64,000 bases of DNA, taken from NCBI RefSeq assembly GCF_009914755.1, contig NC_060942.1. One strand, written 5' to 3'. Source of the DNA: the human T2T-CHM13v2.0 reference genome, Homo sapiens. Shown here piece by piece: positions 26,621 to 40,985 of this stretch. The number at the start of each line of letters is the position of its first letter. Position 1 is the stretch's first letter. Position numbers and translations under genes: made by a program. Below the pieces are notes generated by a model. The model was not told the DNA's origin. It did no database searches and worked only from the letters and a program-made list of their open reading frames with translations.

Positions 26621-28049
26621 TTTGGTTTTTCTCAGTTTCATTACTTTTTTTATCACACAAGTTGATAGATTCTGATAGTAAGAAGTAGATGATGGCTAAC
26701 ATCTTTCTTTCTACAACCTAGTTACCATGTGGTGTGTTACCAGGGAAGCAAGAATCACACTGAATTCTGCCATGTCTAGAAACATGACCAGAAGCAAGGC
26801 ATAAAGGGATGAAGGAATAAACGCATAAAGGGATCCAGCCTGCTCTCGACGACGCCCAGGCTTTCTACATGCTTTTAGGCTCTTGATGAAGTCCTTGCAT
26901 GAAAGGTTTACTTGGGAGAGAGGCAGCAGTATCACCAGCAGGACTAAGTGAACCTGCTTATCAGGACTACGTGCGTGAATTTTCTGTGAGTGGCAGACAT
27001 AGGCCCGCAAGGAGCTCTAAGCGTCCTGTAGTTGTCAGGTTGTTATACCCTGTTCATGCAACAAGGGAGGGTCTGTGCAGCACGTCTCTCCATTTCATGT
27101 GTCTCAAATGGCTTTCATTTCACTAGTGAAAGATGACTTCTAGCATCTGTTGTGCTAAAACACAAACTCTGGTGCTGACCCTAAGTAAGACAAGTTAGAG
27201 TTTGTAGATGTTCCAGTGTGGTTTGTGAAGTGTATATTCTAGGTTGGAATAGTTCAAATATTAACCAACACCCCCAGGATGCACAGATGAAAACTAACCC
27301 TTACACTTGTATTGATTGTGCTGTCTCTGCTTAAGTATTTAAAAGTAAATGATGGCGACACCCAAAGCCCAAACTCCTTCCTGCCCCATGATCTGCTTCT
27401 CAGTAAAGGCTGCCTTTATCTTCCCCAGAGCTGAACTGGGCATTGTCCTTGATAACGCCTTCTTTTACCTCCACCCTCAGATAACCGTCCCGTCCCACCC
27501 TGTTGGTTATCCTCTAAGACATTCCTGCAGTGTGTTCACTTGACTTTATTTTTCCTTTGGCAAGACATCTTGTCCAGACCACAGCAGAGGCTGATTTGCT
27601 CTCCCAAATCCCCTCTTTCCTGCTCCATTTTCCTTGCACATGCTACCCCCTCATCCGTAAAGTCATCGAGACTCACTCTTACAGGAATGATTGCAATCCA
27701 TGCTCTGAAAATGGCCAATGCATTCTCTTTGACTATTTCCAGTGTATACATGATGATGGGTTTGAGGCTATTGTTGTACGATTGTGTATTGATCATGGAT
27801 CAGATATGTGTAGAGCAACGATTCCCATCCATTCTGTCACTCACACTGTAATGTGTTAGGACTATCTTTTGTAGCACAGAAGTTTTACATTTTTTAAGTT
27901 GAGTTTGTTAGGGTTTTTTGCTTTTTTCCCCAGTGCTTTTGTAGTTTGTTTTGCTTCCTTTACATTGAATGTTTTAATCCATCTGTAGTTGATTTTGGGG
28001 TGTGATAAGAGAGGCAATTTTATTTCTTTCCTCCCTGGATAGTTAATTA

Positions 28050-28270
28050 TCTCACAGCATGGAGTGTCTTGGCCAAGCAAGGGAACCGAAGGGCTATTGC
28101 CTCTTGCATGCTGCCATTAATGGATCTCATCCCCAGTGTTCTCAGTCTCTGTGTCTTTTTATTCCAAATTTTAAATTACTGGGAGAGAAACTCTGATCAA
28201 ATCAATTTTGATTATGCAACTCTGTTTGGATCAATCATGAGAGCTGGGGTGGCCGCCTAGGGTCTACTCT
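28050..28270. mobile_element. Old MaLR LTR fragment (MLT1J/K-like)
   Basis: ctgggagagaaactctgat...ggatcaatcatgagagctgggg resembles the MLT1J/K core. Confidence 0.4.
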
Positions 28271-28774
28271 GCATCTCAGCTGCTCTTGCCAAGGGAAACA
28301 GTGGTCCAGGCAGCCACAATTCTTACTGTTGGCTACAAGAGTGAACTAAATTTATGACCACAATTCCAATGCATTAGGCATCACCTCAGGCTGGCCTTTA
28401 AGAAAGTGAGGAAATGCTAACCTGAGACATACCCTGAGAGCACTGTATTGCCACGTGTGCACCAGAAAAGCTCCACCAAGGAACCTAGGTTTCTTGATTG
28501 CTTTTTTATTGTAATTATTCAAGACTTCATGACATAAAATAGCATAGAAGAGATATTTGAAGAAAGATTTTCTGCCATATCTACGAACTATCACTATGAA
28601 CATTTCTGTTAAATTGAAGCTATGAGACTAAAGTTAATTTGAATGCAAAAGTCCTGAAACTAGGGGTGATATGTTTTTTTAAATTATTATTATTATACAA
28701 GGAATAAGGAATGTAGTCATGGAAAATAAATTCTACAGGGTCTTGGCTCTTGGCTTGTGTTTCCCCAGTTTAGA

Positions 28775-29059
<285 letters not shown>

Positions 29060-30541
29060 CCCAGTTGAGTTTTTAACTTGCTGAATGCATTTGAGTAGCC
29101 ACTTCGCCACTCTAGGATTCTGTAGAACTACTGAAAAAAATTAAGCAGTTGGTCCGAGTGTCAATTTGCTTTAAGGCTGTAACCTTCTATCGATATATGG
29201 CTCTCACAACTTTCCCATGAGTGAAAATGAAGAACATTTGTGCCGTTGGATGTTCCCATTCATAGCTCGAGGGTGGGGAGAGAGGAAGATGGAAGTTGGG
29301 ATTCATCAAGAAGTCGACATCATAGAAGTCAGAATCCAGTGTCCCATCAGAAGATAACTTATCCCTGGAGTAACATAGTCCACATGACTGAGATTTCCAT
29401 CTCTTTTGGGTACTAGAACTGCTGATTTGAGAGCATTTTGACACTTTTGTTTAACAGGCATTTTATAGATTCAGAGACCTCTTACAATAAAATGTTGGGT
29501 GATTCCTGCCATGGTTTGCTTTTCTCTGAGGTTTCAAGAGGAAGATCACTTCTTGTGTTAGTTCAGGGAATACCTTGATAGAATCTTTGACACACTGACT
29601 CCTGTCATATGAACCTGGACTTTTCAAGCTTCCTTGAAGTTAACCATGTAAAGCCCAAGAGAAATCTAAGCTGAGTTCTGTGAAGCTCCCCTGTGACTCA
29701 TGGGCCTCTGCTGGGGAAGGCATCGTTCACTTTTGTGTGACTCTGGTGTTACTAAGTCCCTCACATCTATGGAAGCATCCCAAGTCACTACCCCCCTCCC
29801 CCATTATCAGATTGTGGGAGGAAAAGGCAGTGGAGAGGAGAAAAATAGAGCCATGGCTGTGAGATGGGTCGTTTTTAATTTCCTTCTCAGCTCATTCACT
29901 GCTGGTGTCTGCAGGAGCTTAGGAGGAGCATGCCTGGGCTTACCTGTGCCTCCTCCTATGAAACTATATACAGAGCAGGCTCCAAACTTGTTTCCCTTGG
30001 GGGTGCTGGGGCCCCTCTTTTCTACAGTGGACTGGTTCCAGGACCTTGCAAGGATCAGCAGTTGTTCAAATCCCAGACACAAAATGCCTTAGCACAGCCA
30101 GCCTTCATATCTGCAGATTAGAAACTCACAGATATGGAGTGCTGACTGCAATCTCAGTTTAACATCCCTCATGGTAAATGTGATTTTTCTCCTTTGGAAA
30201 TGAGAAAACCAAGACTCAGAGGTGGCCAGCCCTGCTACATGGCCTGTTCATGACAAAACCAGGCATCAAGTCCATAACAATATAGCAACAAAGATTGTAC
30301 TTGTTGCATAATTAGGATGTTTCCATTTTGTGAACTTTTGGGGGTAGGCAGAAGTTGTTGTAACTAATACCAGTATAGAAGACATTCTTTTAGTGACCAA
30401 ATATCAGTTAAGGACGTTTCAATGGATGCTTTTGTTTTGTGAATGACTAGGCCAGATAATTTTAAAAGATTCATTTTATTACTATTAATTTGTTATCAAA
30501 TTACTGGTAGTTTCAACCAACAAGCATTCGTCATTGGTCTC

Positions 30542-30904
30542 TGATATGGTTTGGCTGTGTCCCCACCCAAATCTCATCTTTAATTGTAGCTCCCATAATC
30601 CCCACGTGTCATGGGAGGGACCGGGTGGGAAGTAATTGAATCATGGGGCCAGGTTTTCCTGTGTTGCTCTTGTGATGGTGACTAAGTTTCATGATATCTG
30701 ATTGTTTGATAAAGGGGAGTTCCCCTGCACACGCTCTCTTGTCTGCCACCATGTAAGACATGGCTTTGCTCCTCCTTCATCTTCTGCCATGATTGTGATG
30801 ACTCCCCAGCCATGTGGAACTGTGAGTCAGTTAAACCTCTTTTTCTTTATAAATTACCCAGTCTTGGGTATTTCTTCATAGCAGTATGAAAATTGACTAA
30901 CACA
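30542..30904 (+). mobile_element. THE1 (B/C-like) solo LTR
   Basis: Starts tgatatggtttggctgtgtccccacccaaatctcatc and ends tataaattacccagtcttgggtatttcttcatagcagtatgaaaattgactaacaca. Confidence 0.93.
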
Positions 30905-31517
30905 TTCTGACTTTAATTCATGTCAGTAAGTCTCAAGTGAACCCTCAAGAAAACCTAAAAATACCACTACATTCTCTCATTGCTCAAAAACAACTATTTC
31001 AGCCTTTCTCTCTTTAACGCTTTACACTTGGATGATGATCTTGTTTCACACCGCACTGAGAAATTGGTTAGAAATGATTAGAAGGAAACTCTCTTTATTT
31101 TATCACTTTTGAATCTACCAATCTACCTTAATCTATATTCACTCTCTCTGCTTTCACTTCCTCCTCTTATATAAGGTTAATCTCTTCACTTGTATTATAA
31201 ATTCTACTTGCTTATTCTTTCAAGCCTATAATTAAGCCCTTCCTCCTTGAAAGTTCATAATCTTCCTTCAACATCTTCTTATCAACACACAAACATGCTC
31301 TAATATTTCCTATACTGAAATATACAAATGACAGAATCTGACCCCCTACACAATTCCCTCTCAACAGGAAGGCTCTATTCTTAGCTCTCCTCACAGTAAA
31401 ATAATTCTCCAGTTCACTGTAATTAAGAACTTAATTTCAGTTCCCTTTTCTTTCCTGGACTTACTCTATCTGTGCTCTGCTCACACGTCTGTCTGAAATT
31501 ACTCTCCTCAAGGTTAT

Positions 31518-31882
31518 TGTATTAGCATGTTCTCATACTGCTAATAAAGAAATGCCTAAGACTGGGTAATTTATAAAGAAAAAGAGGTTTAATGGACTTA
31601 CAGTTCCACATGGCTGGCAAGGCTTCAAAATCATGGTGGAAGATGAAGCCAGAGCAAAGGCACTTCTTACATGGTGGCAGACCAGAGAGTCTGTGCAGGG
31701 GAATTCCCCTTTATCAAGCCATTAGATCTCCTGAGACTTATTCACTATCAAGAGAACAGCATGGGACAGACCTGCCCCAATGATTCAATTACTTCCCACC
31801 AGGTTCTTCCTATGACACCTGGGAATTATGGGAGCTACCATTCAAGATCAGATTTGGGTGTGAACACAGCCAAACCATATCA
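31518..31882 (-). mobile_element. THE1 (B/C-like) solo LTR
   Basis: tgtattag...gactgggtaatttataaagaaaaagaggtttaatggacttacagttccacatggctgg...cacagccaaaccatatca; TSD gttat/gtcat. Confidence 0.93.
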
Positions 31883-31952
31883 GTCATCTATCACGAGCTG
31901 GCTGGATCCCATGTCTTGCTCTGTCCTGGTCTTCATTGACCAAATTGCAGCA

Positions 31953-31973
31953 ATCAGTACCACGGACAACTCC
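31953..31973 (+). promoter_or_regulatory. Candidate RE1/NRSE (REST-binding) element within L2
   Basis: atcagtaccacggacaactcc matches 17/21 positions of TTCAGCACCACGGACAGCGCC with canonical spacing. Confidence 0.45.
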
Positions 31974-32529
31974 TTCCTTTTTGAAGCACTCTCTCCTCTC
32001 CATGACATCCTCCCAGATTTGCCTCATTCCACAGTGGCTTTTCCTTTATTCTGTCTTTACTGATTGGGGTGACTTTTCTCCTCTGGTAGAGTTTCCGTGT
32101 TGGCATCCCTTAGGTCTCCATTTCTATCTGTAGGCTCTGCTTACCTAAACACATTGTGTAGAATGAATAATCCCAATTTTATATCTTGGTGGCAATTTCC
32201 TTCATTGAGCTCTGAACTCAGGTAGACAAGGTCCTGCTCAGTATCACCATTTGAGTGTGTAGCATGTGTTTCAAACTAACATGGTTGAAACCGAACTCTT
32301 GGATTCTCTAAATCTTGACCCAAACCTTATGTCTTCTCCTACTACCCCATTTTAACCTCTTCTTTTTGTTGGACATGAATGAAGTGAGTTCTATTCACTA
32401 AAAGAAAATTTCAAAATATCATATGCTTAATATAGAAAACAAGATCCACAAATCTGCAAATAACCATCATCAATGTGTTGGTTTAGATCCTCCCAGGTGC
32501 TTTTCTATGTACTTTCACTAAAGAAGTGG

Positions 32530-32960
32530 TTTCTTATTGGCTATGATTCTTTCAGTTTCAAAACACAGAAGGTTAAGTCAAACTGTTCTAAGCAGAAAAT
32601 GAATTTACTCCCTCATACAACTGAAAAGGCCAGTGGGTGACACTGCTAATTACAGGGGCTCAAACGAGGTTGGCTCACAACATGACATGGCAATGATGGC
32701 CTCTTTCAAGAAGATGGACTGGCTTTAACTGAAAATCTCCCAGCAAAAGAGAATGCTGTTTTCCTGTAAGCACGAGCAGAAACACCAAGGAGGACTCTCG
32801 TTGGTCCAGCAGGATTACAAGCTCACTCCTGAGCTGATCATGGTGGCAGGAGGATACCCCATTTGGTAAAGTGCTTTGTCCCAAACCCCATGCCACCCAC
32901 AGGACTAGGAAAAGAGGGAGAGGGAGTTCCCTTAATGAAATGGTGAGCAGACAAAAAAGT
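32530..32960 (-). mobile_element. Old MaLR LTR (MLT1K/L-like)
   Basis: tcaaactgttctaagcagaaaatgaattta...ctcatacaactgaaaag and gactctcgttggtccagc...ctcactcctgagctgatc. Confidence 0.55.
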
Positions 32961-33563
32961 TCATCTCAGCAATCATACCACAATAATATTTCTACACTGT
33001 CTCTCATTAAGCAAGATATCAGAAACGTCTTTCTGTGTCAATAAATATATCTTTAGTAACAGCAGTTTCAATGATTGAACTGTGGTCAGATCTGTGGAAG
33101 TTTAATAATGTAACCACTCCTTGCTGATAAACATTTAGGTTGTTTCCAGTTTTCTTTAAGACGTTCAATATCACAGGAATATCCTTTTAACGAAATATTT
33201 GCCCACACACATTGAATTCACTGTTACCATGCTTAAATATTTTTAAGAAATGGAATCTGAATCAAAAGGCACACATGTTTAATGCTATTGGTAGATTTCA
33301 TTAACTCACATTTCTAAAAATTATGCAAATGTACACTCCTACCAGCAAGATATGCAATTATGGATTCTTTTCATCATATTCATAACAGCAAGGTTTCCTC
33401 ATCTTCCAATTATATAAATCACTTGCTTCGTGTTTTTACTTTGAATTCATATGATTGTGAGGAATGATAAATTTTTTATTCCTACTGTCCATGCTATATT
33501 TTCCAGCAGTATAGCATAGGCTGCAAGCCAGCTGAAGCTATAATAATAATTGGATAAGGAATG

Positions 33564-33912
33564 TATATTAGTCTTTTTTCACCCTGCTGATAAAGTCATA
33601 CCCAAGACAAAAGAAAAAGAGGTTTAATGGACTTACAGTTCCACATGGCTGGAGAGGCCTGACAATCATGGTGGAAAGCAAGGAGGAGCAAGTCATGTCT
33701 TACATGGATGGCAGCAGGTAAAGACAGCAAGAGAGCTTGTGCAGGGAAACTCTCCTTTTTAAAACCATCAGATCTCATGAGACTTATTCGCTATCATGAG
33801 AACAGCACAGGAAAGACCTGCCCCCATGATTCAATTACCTCCTATTGGGCTCCTCCCACAACACATGGGAATTCAAGATGAGATTTGGGTGGGGTCACAT
33901 TCAAACCATATT
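33564..33912 (-). mobile_element. THE1A-like solo LTR
   Basis: tattagtc...gaggtttaatggacttacagttccacatggctgg...catgggaattcaagatgagatttgggtgggg...aaaccatat; flanked by ggaatg on both sides. Confidence 0.92.
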
Positions 33913-34089
33913 GGAATGATAATTGTCATTTGCCGAGTATTTACAAAGGGACAATCATTGCACCTAACCATCACCATTGTCACCTCATTTCTACATGACC
34001 TCCTGTTTAACCACTTCCCCAACTTCACCACGCCCTCATCCTCACACTGCATGGGGTCCCATAGGTATTTTCCTCCTCAATTATGCTTA

Positions 34090-34420
34090 GTTTGTTCTTA
34101 AGCCATTTGCTTTTCTTGACCTTTCTTTTGGAATAATCTGCCCTGAGCATCTGCACAGCCACCACCTTGATATTATCCTAATTTCAATTTCATTATCAGC
34201 TTCAAAAGGAAGCCTTATTTCATTGCCTAATCTAAAGCAGGCCCTGCCTCCCCCAACCTAGCCATGTTCCCTCACTTTGTTTCATGGTCTTCTCAGCACT
34301 TGTTGCTGTCTGAAATCATCTTGACCATTTGTTTGTGTTATGATTGTCTGTTTCTCCCACTAGAACATAAGTAGGAGCTTGTACCCTTCTACTCCTATAT
34401 CCCAGCACCTAGAGCCCTTC
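34090..34420 (+). mobile_element. L2 3' end
   Basis: ttgtctgtttctcccactagaacataag...tatatcccagcacctagagc. Confidence 0.7.
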
Positions 34421-37239
34421 TTCTTCAGCCCCTGATACATGTTTATCACACAGGTTAGCACACGAATGGATGACCTCAGTTACCTGGCTGGAAAATGCTG
34501 GATTCCACCTTGACTCATGTTTTCTTTTCATTAGGCTTATTCATTTGATTTTCCTCTTCTGCATCCTCTTGTTTCATTCCCGTTCTCTATTGCGGCAGCC
34601 CAAGTGTAATATCTTATCACTTCTGGACTATTTTAATGCCTTACTCAATGCTCCAACTTTTTCAGTTTCTTTTTCTATTAATTCTTTTTATAGATCAGTA
34701 TGGAATTAATCTTTCCATAAAGGAGATGAGGAAAAATCTCATTTATAAATAAAAACTAGTTATAGCTGTTTCTATCTCTCCGGTGGAGGAAATTATATCA
34801 GTAGGGAAATAAAGTGGTACACGATTCCCTTCAGCAACAACTCACAGCGGTTGACTGGGGCGGGAGAAGGGAAATGGGGCTTCTGGGAGCATCTGTTAAC
34901 CTTTCTGTTCTGTCAAAGGGCATAGTCTGAAGTCTATTTCTCTCCATTTGGCAGGCAAATGATTAGGTGTTGAATATGCAGAGTCAAGTCGAGAGCCCTG
35001 CAGGAGGTGGGAAACAAAATTCTTTGCATCATAAACTGAGGGTAATCAAGTTTATAGAGAAAACCTGAAGGAGAGGGAGCTGATTATAGGAAACAAAGTT
35101 TGGAAGCAGGTGGAGCAGACTGTGAAACACAGAAATGGAAGAGGCTTTCGTTGTCACAAATGTTCAGTAAGTCAGCAGCACCCACAAATGCGTTGGATGC
35201 TGGGAGCTTTGTAGGCAAGGTACAGGGAGGGATCCTTATTCAGCAGAGGTGCAGCAGAGCAGAATGAGGAAATAATATGTTAGTCAACAAGATGCAATTA
35301 TTAAGTACACTCAGCTCACACGTGACAAGAAAAATTCCAGCCAACCCCCACTTCTTGATAACTGAATTTCATTTTCCCATGAGGAGTAGCATTGGAGTCC
35401 ATTTCATTTGGATTTCTGCGAGTTGGATGTCAAGGTTGACATCTGGGACATGTTTTGGAAAGGTGCTTCCCACCTGTAAATCATCTCCTGGGCAATATTT
35501 GGTGGCTTCTCTGTCACTAGACGAAGTACAGACTTAGCCCCACACTCAAGAACCTCCACGCTCTGACCCTCACCTGCCTTTGCAAACTAATTTCCAAAAC
35601 CTGCCCTATGTGAGCCATTGTCTCTACACAGAAATGGCCAAGGCTAGGCCATACATTCTTTTTGGTACTGTGTTTTAAATCCCCTTTGGAATGATGACAA
35701 GTTTCAGGCCCATCTCAAGGAAAACATGGTGACAGGCATTTAGTAGATAAAGCTTACCTGTAGAGGAGAAAGCTTAAGGACAACACACATTTCTTTCACT
35801 ATTTGAAGAATACTGAGTAGGAGCAAAGTGGCAAAATGTTTGTAGCTCCCAAGGGTAACTGAGACCTCTGGGTGAAATGTAAAAGAAAGTCAATTTTGAA
35901 GACATGCAGAAAGACCATTTTGACAACAGAATTGGAATAAGCTGACTCAAGAAGCAAGTTTCCTGACTGGAGATGTCCACACGCGTGGGTAGCTCTGGGT
36001 AGGGATAGTGCCTCTGAGCACAGCCAGTTGCCATAGCCTCCATGAAAGGTCCTTTCAAACTCTAAGAATATATGTTTACAGAATGGCCCAATTATTCTTG
36101 CAGTTTTTCTTGTCAATATTTTAGTTTTCCCTCTCTAAACCTTTATGGATGATCTTGCTTGTACCAATCTTCTGTTTTGTTTTTAGTTACCTTTTCGTGT
36201 ACCTGTCTGGTATTCTCAATTAGACTGGAAGTGCACTGAGGCCAGGGACTGTATTTTATTCTCTGCATCTTAAGTGCCTGGTAAAGGCCCCGTTCCCACC
36301 ACCTGGTAACTACCTACTTTAGCCCAACTTCTGGTTTTCTTCAAAGTTGCTTATTCTAAGAACGTCCTTAGATAGGTAGTCCTTTTACATTTATGGAAGA
36401 AAGTGATGAAATTAAATAATTGACCTAGAGTATTAACATTGGAAAATCTAGTGAATTTTGCCTTTTCAATAACACTCCAGGAGAAAGTAATGTTTTAATC
36501 AAAAAGAACATTGCTATCTAACAGGGGACTCTCAGACCCTGGTATAGGAGCTGGTGGATGATTCCCAGAATCTGTAAAATCTGACGATGGCTGCCCCTTC
36601 ATCTTATTCAAAGACTAGTGCTATTCTCATTCATAATACTGTCTCCTCACACATTCTACTTTGCAGAAGTCTCTCTTCTATTTGATGGTTATGTAGTTAA
36701 CATTTCCTTTTGTGGGCTGGTGTTATGTGTTCACAGTTACTGAGACTGAGTTTAAAAAGAGTCTTCTTTTCTCAGGAAATTGGACGAATGTCCATTTCCT
36801 GAGCCATTTCTCCTGGGAGATGTTCAGACTGACTAGATTGGAGGTCTTTCAAGTCCTCTGGTTTGACTGTGAGTGGAAGTCCTACCACAGTGGCTCTCTG
36901 GTAACTTTCCAGATGTCAGACATCATGTGTTAGCTCTGCTGGAGTCTCTAGATCTTGCCCCAGATCTACTATCTAAAAACCTACACAGGCTTTGCATGTC
37001 GCACTTGCCATAAAGTAGTTTTTAGGACTGGAGACTCTCTGGAAAACCGTGGCTTCTTGTGATGTCTTCTCCACAGCAACAGCCCTGCCTGCACTGCATT
37101 CTTCTGCTTGTCCCGTTTTGAAGAGCACACGCTCCCCTCTCAGTTGTGGGTGCTGTATTCATTACTGCACTTTGGTTTCCTGTGTCTTACGTGTTTGTGG
37201 ATGGGCTTTAACAAAGAGCCATGTCTATGACAAACCAAG

Positions 37240-37630
37240 TGTGTTTATCAGGCTCAGCTAGCTCACACTCCATTCTGACCTCATCTAGTGTTCCTCCCTA
37301 TCCTGCCAAGCCTGGAGCTAAAAACCACATTTCCCAGATCCCTTGCGAATCAGTTTGAATGAACTATTGCTTGGGAAGCTGGGCAGAAGCCCTCGGGTTG
37401 TGTCACGGATGCGGGTGGAGATGGTGCTGTTCCGAGGCCTCAGCACCCTGATGTGACCCTCCTGAGGAGGCTCCTCTGCTCCCCACGGTTAGGTACCACT
37501 CTCCTGGGGTGAGGAGCCTTTGCTGCACCAGTGATTCAGAAAGCCACCTCATCCCGGCTGATAAGCCTCTGTTTGCTTAATCTGGCTAGAATGGTTCTTA
37601 CTGTCAGCAATTGAACCCTAAACTAATACA
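37240..37630 (+). mobile_element. ERVL-class LTR (LTR33/LTR16-like)
   Basis: ccacatttcccagatcccttgc and 3' end tttgcttaatctggctagaatggttc...gaaccctaaactaataca. Confidence 0.65.
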
Positions 37631-38214
37631 ATTAGAGATTATTAAAATTAATTAACTTTAATGAATAAACCAGTGAACTGTATTTCAGTTTACAAATAAG
37701 TTTTCAGCACTTAAGAGTTTTCTCGGAGAAGCCCTTACCCATTTTGTAAATGAAATTTTTATTTCCCCAAACATGTCTGTTTCACAGAACCTCCATTGCA
37801 CGCTGGAAGCAGGAATGGGCTCTGAGGTTAATGTGTAAGAGGGCACCTCTAACTCCCACACGTTTTTGTTGTTTTCCACCGGAGCTAAGGGCAATAAAAG
37901 CTTTGCTCAGAATTGGAGCCTGCTCTGTTCCAGGACAAGAAAAGTCAGAGCCAGAAGGTCTCTTCCTGGGCCCGGCTAGCCGCTGGAGATGAGAAAACGG
38001 CATCCTCCGTGTGCAGTCAGCCCCGAGCCTAGGCCCTGCGGGCAGCACAGAGAGGCAGGAAAGAGCGGCCGTCAGAGGCAGGGGATCCAGCCCTGCAGAC
38101 GGGCCGCCTGCCTCTTCTGACGCCCGTGAGAGGAAGTGAGCCCCGCTCAACAAGAAGGCAGAGAGCCTCCGAACTCCTGCTCTCACACTTTCTCCTCCTT
38201 AGGCAGTAGTTTTG

Positions 38215-39470
<1,256 letters not shown>

Positions 39471-39718
39471 TATTAATTGAGTACTTTCTATAGTTCCACA
39501 TTTTTTTCCAGTATTGGCTTACTATTAAGCCTTTTTAAAAGTTTTAAAATAGTTACTTTAGGGTTAAAGTATACATCTGTGCCAGTAAAAGTAAAGGCTT
39601 CTCATATTCTCATCATATCCTGTCTTCAAACGATATTATACCACTTCATTTATAGTAAAATCTTAGATACTTTGTACATGCTCTTTGTGTGATTCTTATA
39701 TATTTGACTTCTACATAT

Positions 39719-40210
39719 TGTTATATTCATTTTCATAGAAAATTACTGCTGCAACACCTTACCACAGAAATTATGCAAATTTATTATCTTACAGTTCTGG
39801 AGGCCAGAATGTCTGCAAAAGTCTCCCTGAGCTGGAGTCTAGATGTTAGTGGGTTGTGCCCCTTTCTGGAGGCTCCAGGGAAGAAGGTTTCCCTGTCTTC
39901 TCCAGCTTCCGGAGGCCATTGCATTCATGGCTACAGCCCCTTCGTCCACCTCCAGGACCAGCCAGGCCTCTGTTGCTGCCTGTTCTCCCATAGTCCCACC
40001 TCCCTGACCACAGCCAGGAGACAGTCTCTGTTTTTAAGGCACTTGTGGTTAGATTGAGACTCCCGCAGATAAGCCAGGAAAACCTTCCCACCACAAAGTC
40101 CTTAATTTAATCCCATCTGCCAAGTCCCCCTGCCATGGAAGATGATATAATTGAAGGTTTCAGGGTTTAGGATGTGGACATCTTTGGGGTCTATTATTCT
40201 GCCTAACACA
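39719..40210 (-). mobile_element. MLT1C-like MaLR LTR
   Basis: aaatttattatcttacagttctggaggccagaa, ttctggaggctccagggaag, and gatgtggacatctttggggtctattattctgcctaacaca. Confidence 0.85.
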
Positions 40211-40219
40211 ATATGTGAG

Positions 40220-40985
40220 AGACTGAATAGTGTACTGTTACTGTTTCAGTGTTTGACCTCAGTTATACGTTTAAAGTGAATAAAAATTAAAACGTGTTTT
40301 AGATTTACCTGTATTTTACCATTTCCAGAGCTTCGTTTCTTTGTGTAATCCAAATGACCGTTTGGCATCACACTCCTGCCTGAAGAATTTTAGCATTTCA
40401 CGTACAGCAGAACTGCTGGTAATACATTTTCTCAGCTTGTTTTTTGGCCTGGAAAATCTTTATTTTACCTTTTCTGGGGAAGATATTTTCTCTGAGTATG
40501 AAATTCTCTCGGACAATCATTTTCTCTTTCATTATTTTAAAGATGTCCCTCTATTACCTTCTGGCTTGTGTAACTTCCGAGGAGAAGTGTGCTGAGATTC
40601 TCTTTGGTGTTCCTCTGTAAGCAATGTGTAATGCTTCTTTCTCCTGGTTGCTTTCAAGATTTTCTCTTTATTTTTTCCCCTAGACATTTGAGGATATTTT
40701 TGGTTGTCTGTTGTTTATCATTCTCAAGCTATCCTGAGCTTCTGGGATCTGTGATCTTCTTCTTTCTTTAATTTTGGAACACATTTCTTCTCTCCTGTTT
40801 ATTCCTGTCTTTCTTCCTCGGGTACCAATTACACGTATGTTAGACCAAGTGTAGTATCCCAGTGGTTTCTTCTTCCTTATCCCCTGTCTTTTTCTCACTT
40901 TTGTTTTTCTTTGTGTTTTAGTTCATGTGACTTCTCTCAACCTAGCTTTAAGCTCACTGATTCTTTCCTCAGCTGTCTTCAGTGG
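40220..40985 (-). mobile_element. Old L1M ORF1-region relic
   Basis: ORF 40680-40898 WSNIRVIGT...EMCSKI...QIPEAQ resembles L1 ORF1 (NIRIIGVPE...QIQEAQ). Confidence 0.65.

Larger units (their letters stand above)
30960..32340 (+). mobile_element. L2 relic hosting a THE1 LTR
   Basis: ctgaaattactctcctcaaggt, tccttcctttttgaagcactctc, and tgagctctgaactca...tcaaactaacatggttgaaaccgaactc are L2 ORF2-like. Confidence 0.7.

Noticed and set aside
37925-38035. Possible exon after ctctgttccag
   Set aside because: All three frames stop within about 100 nt and no clear donor site supports a coding exon.
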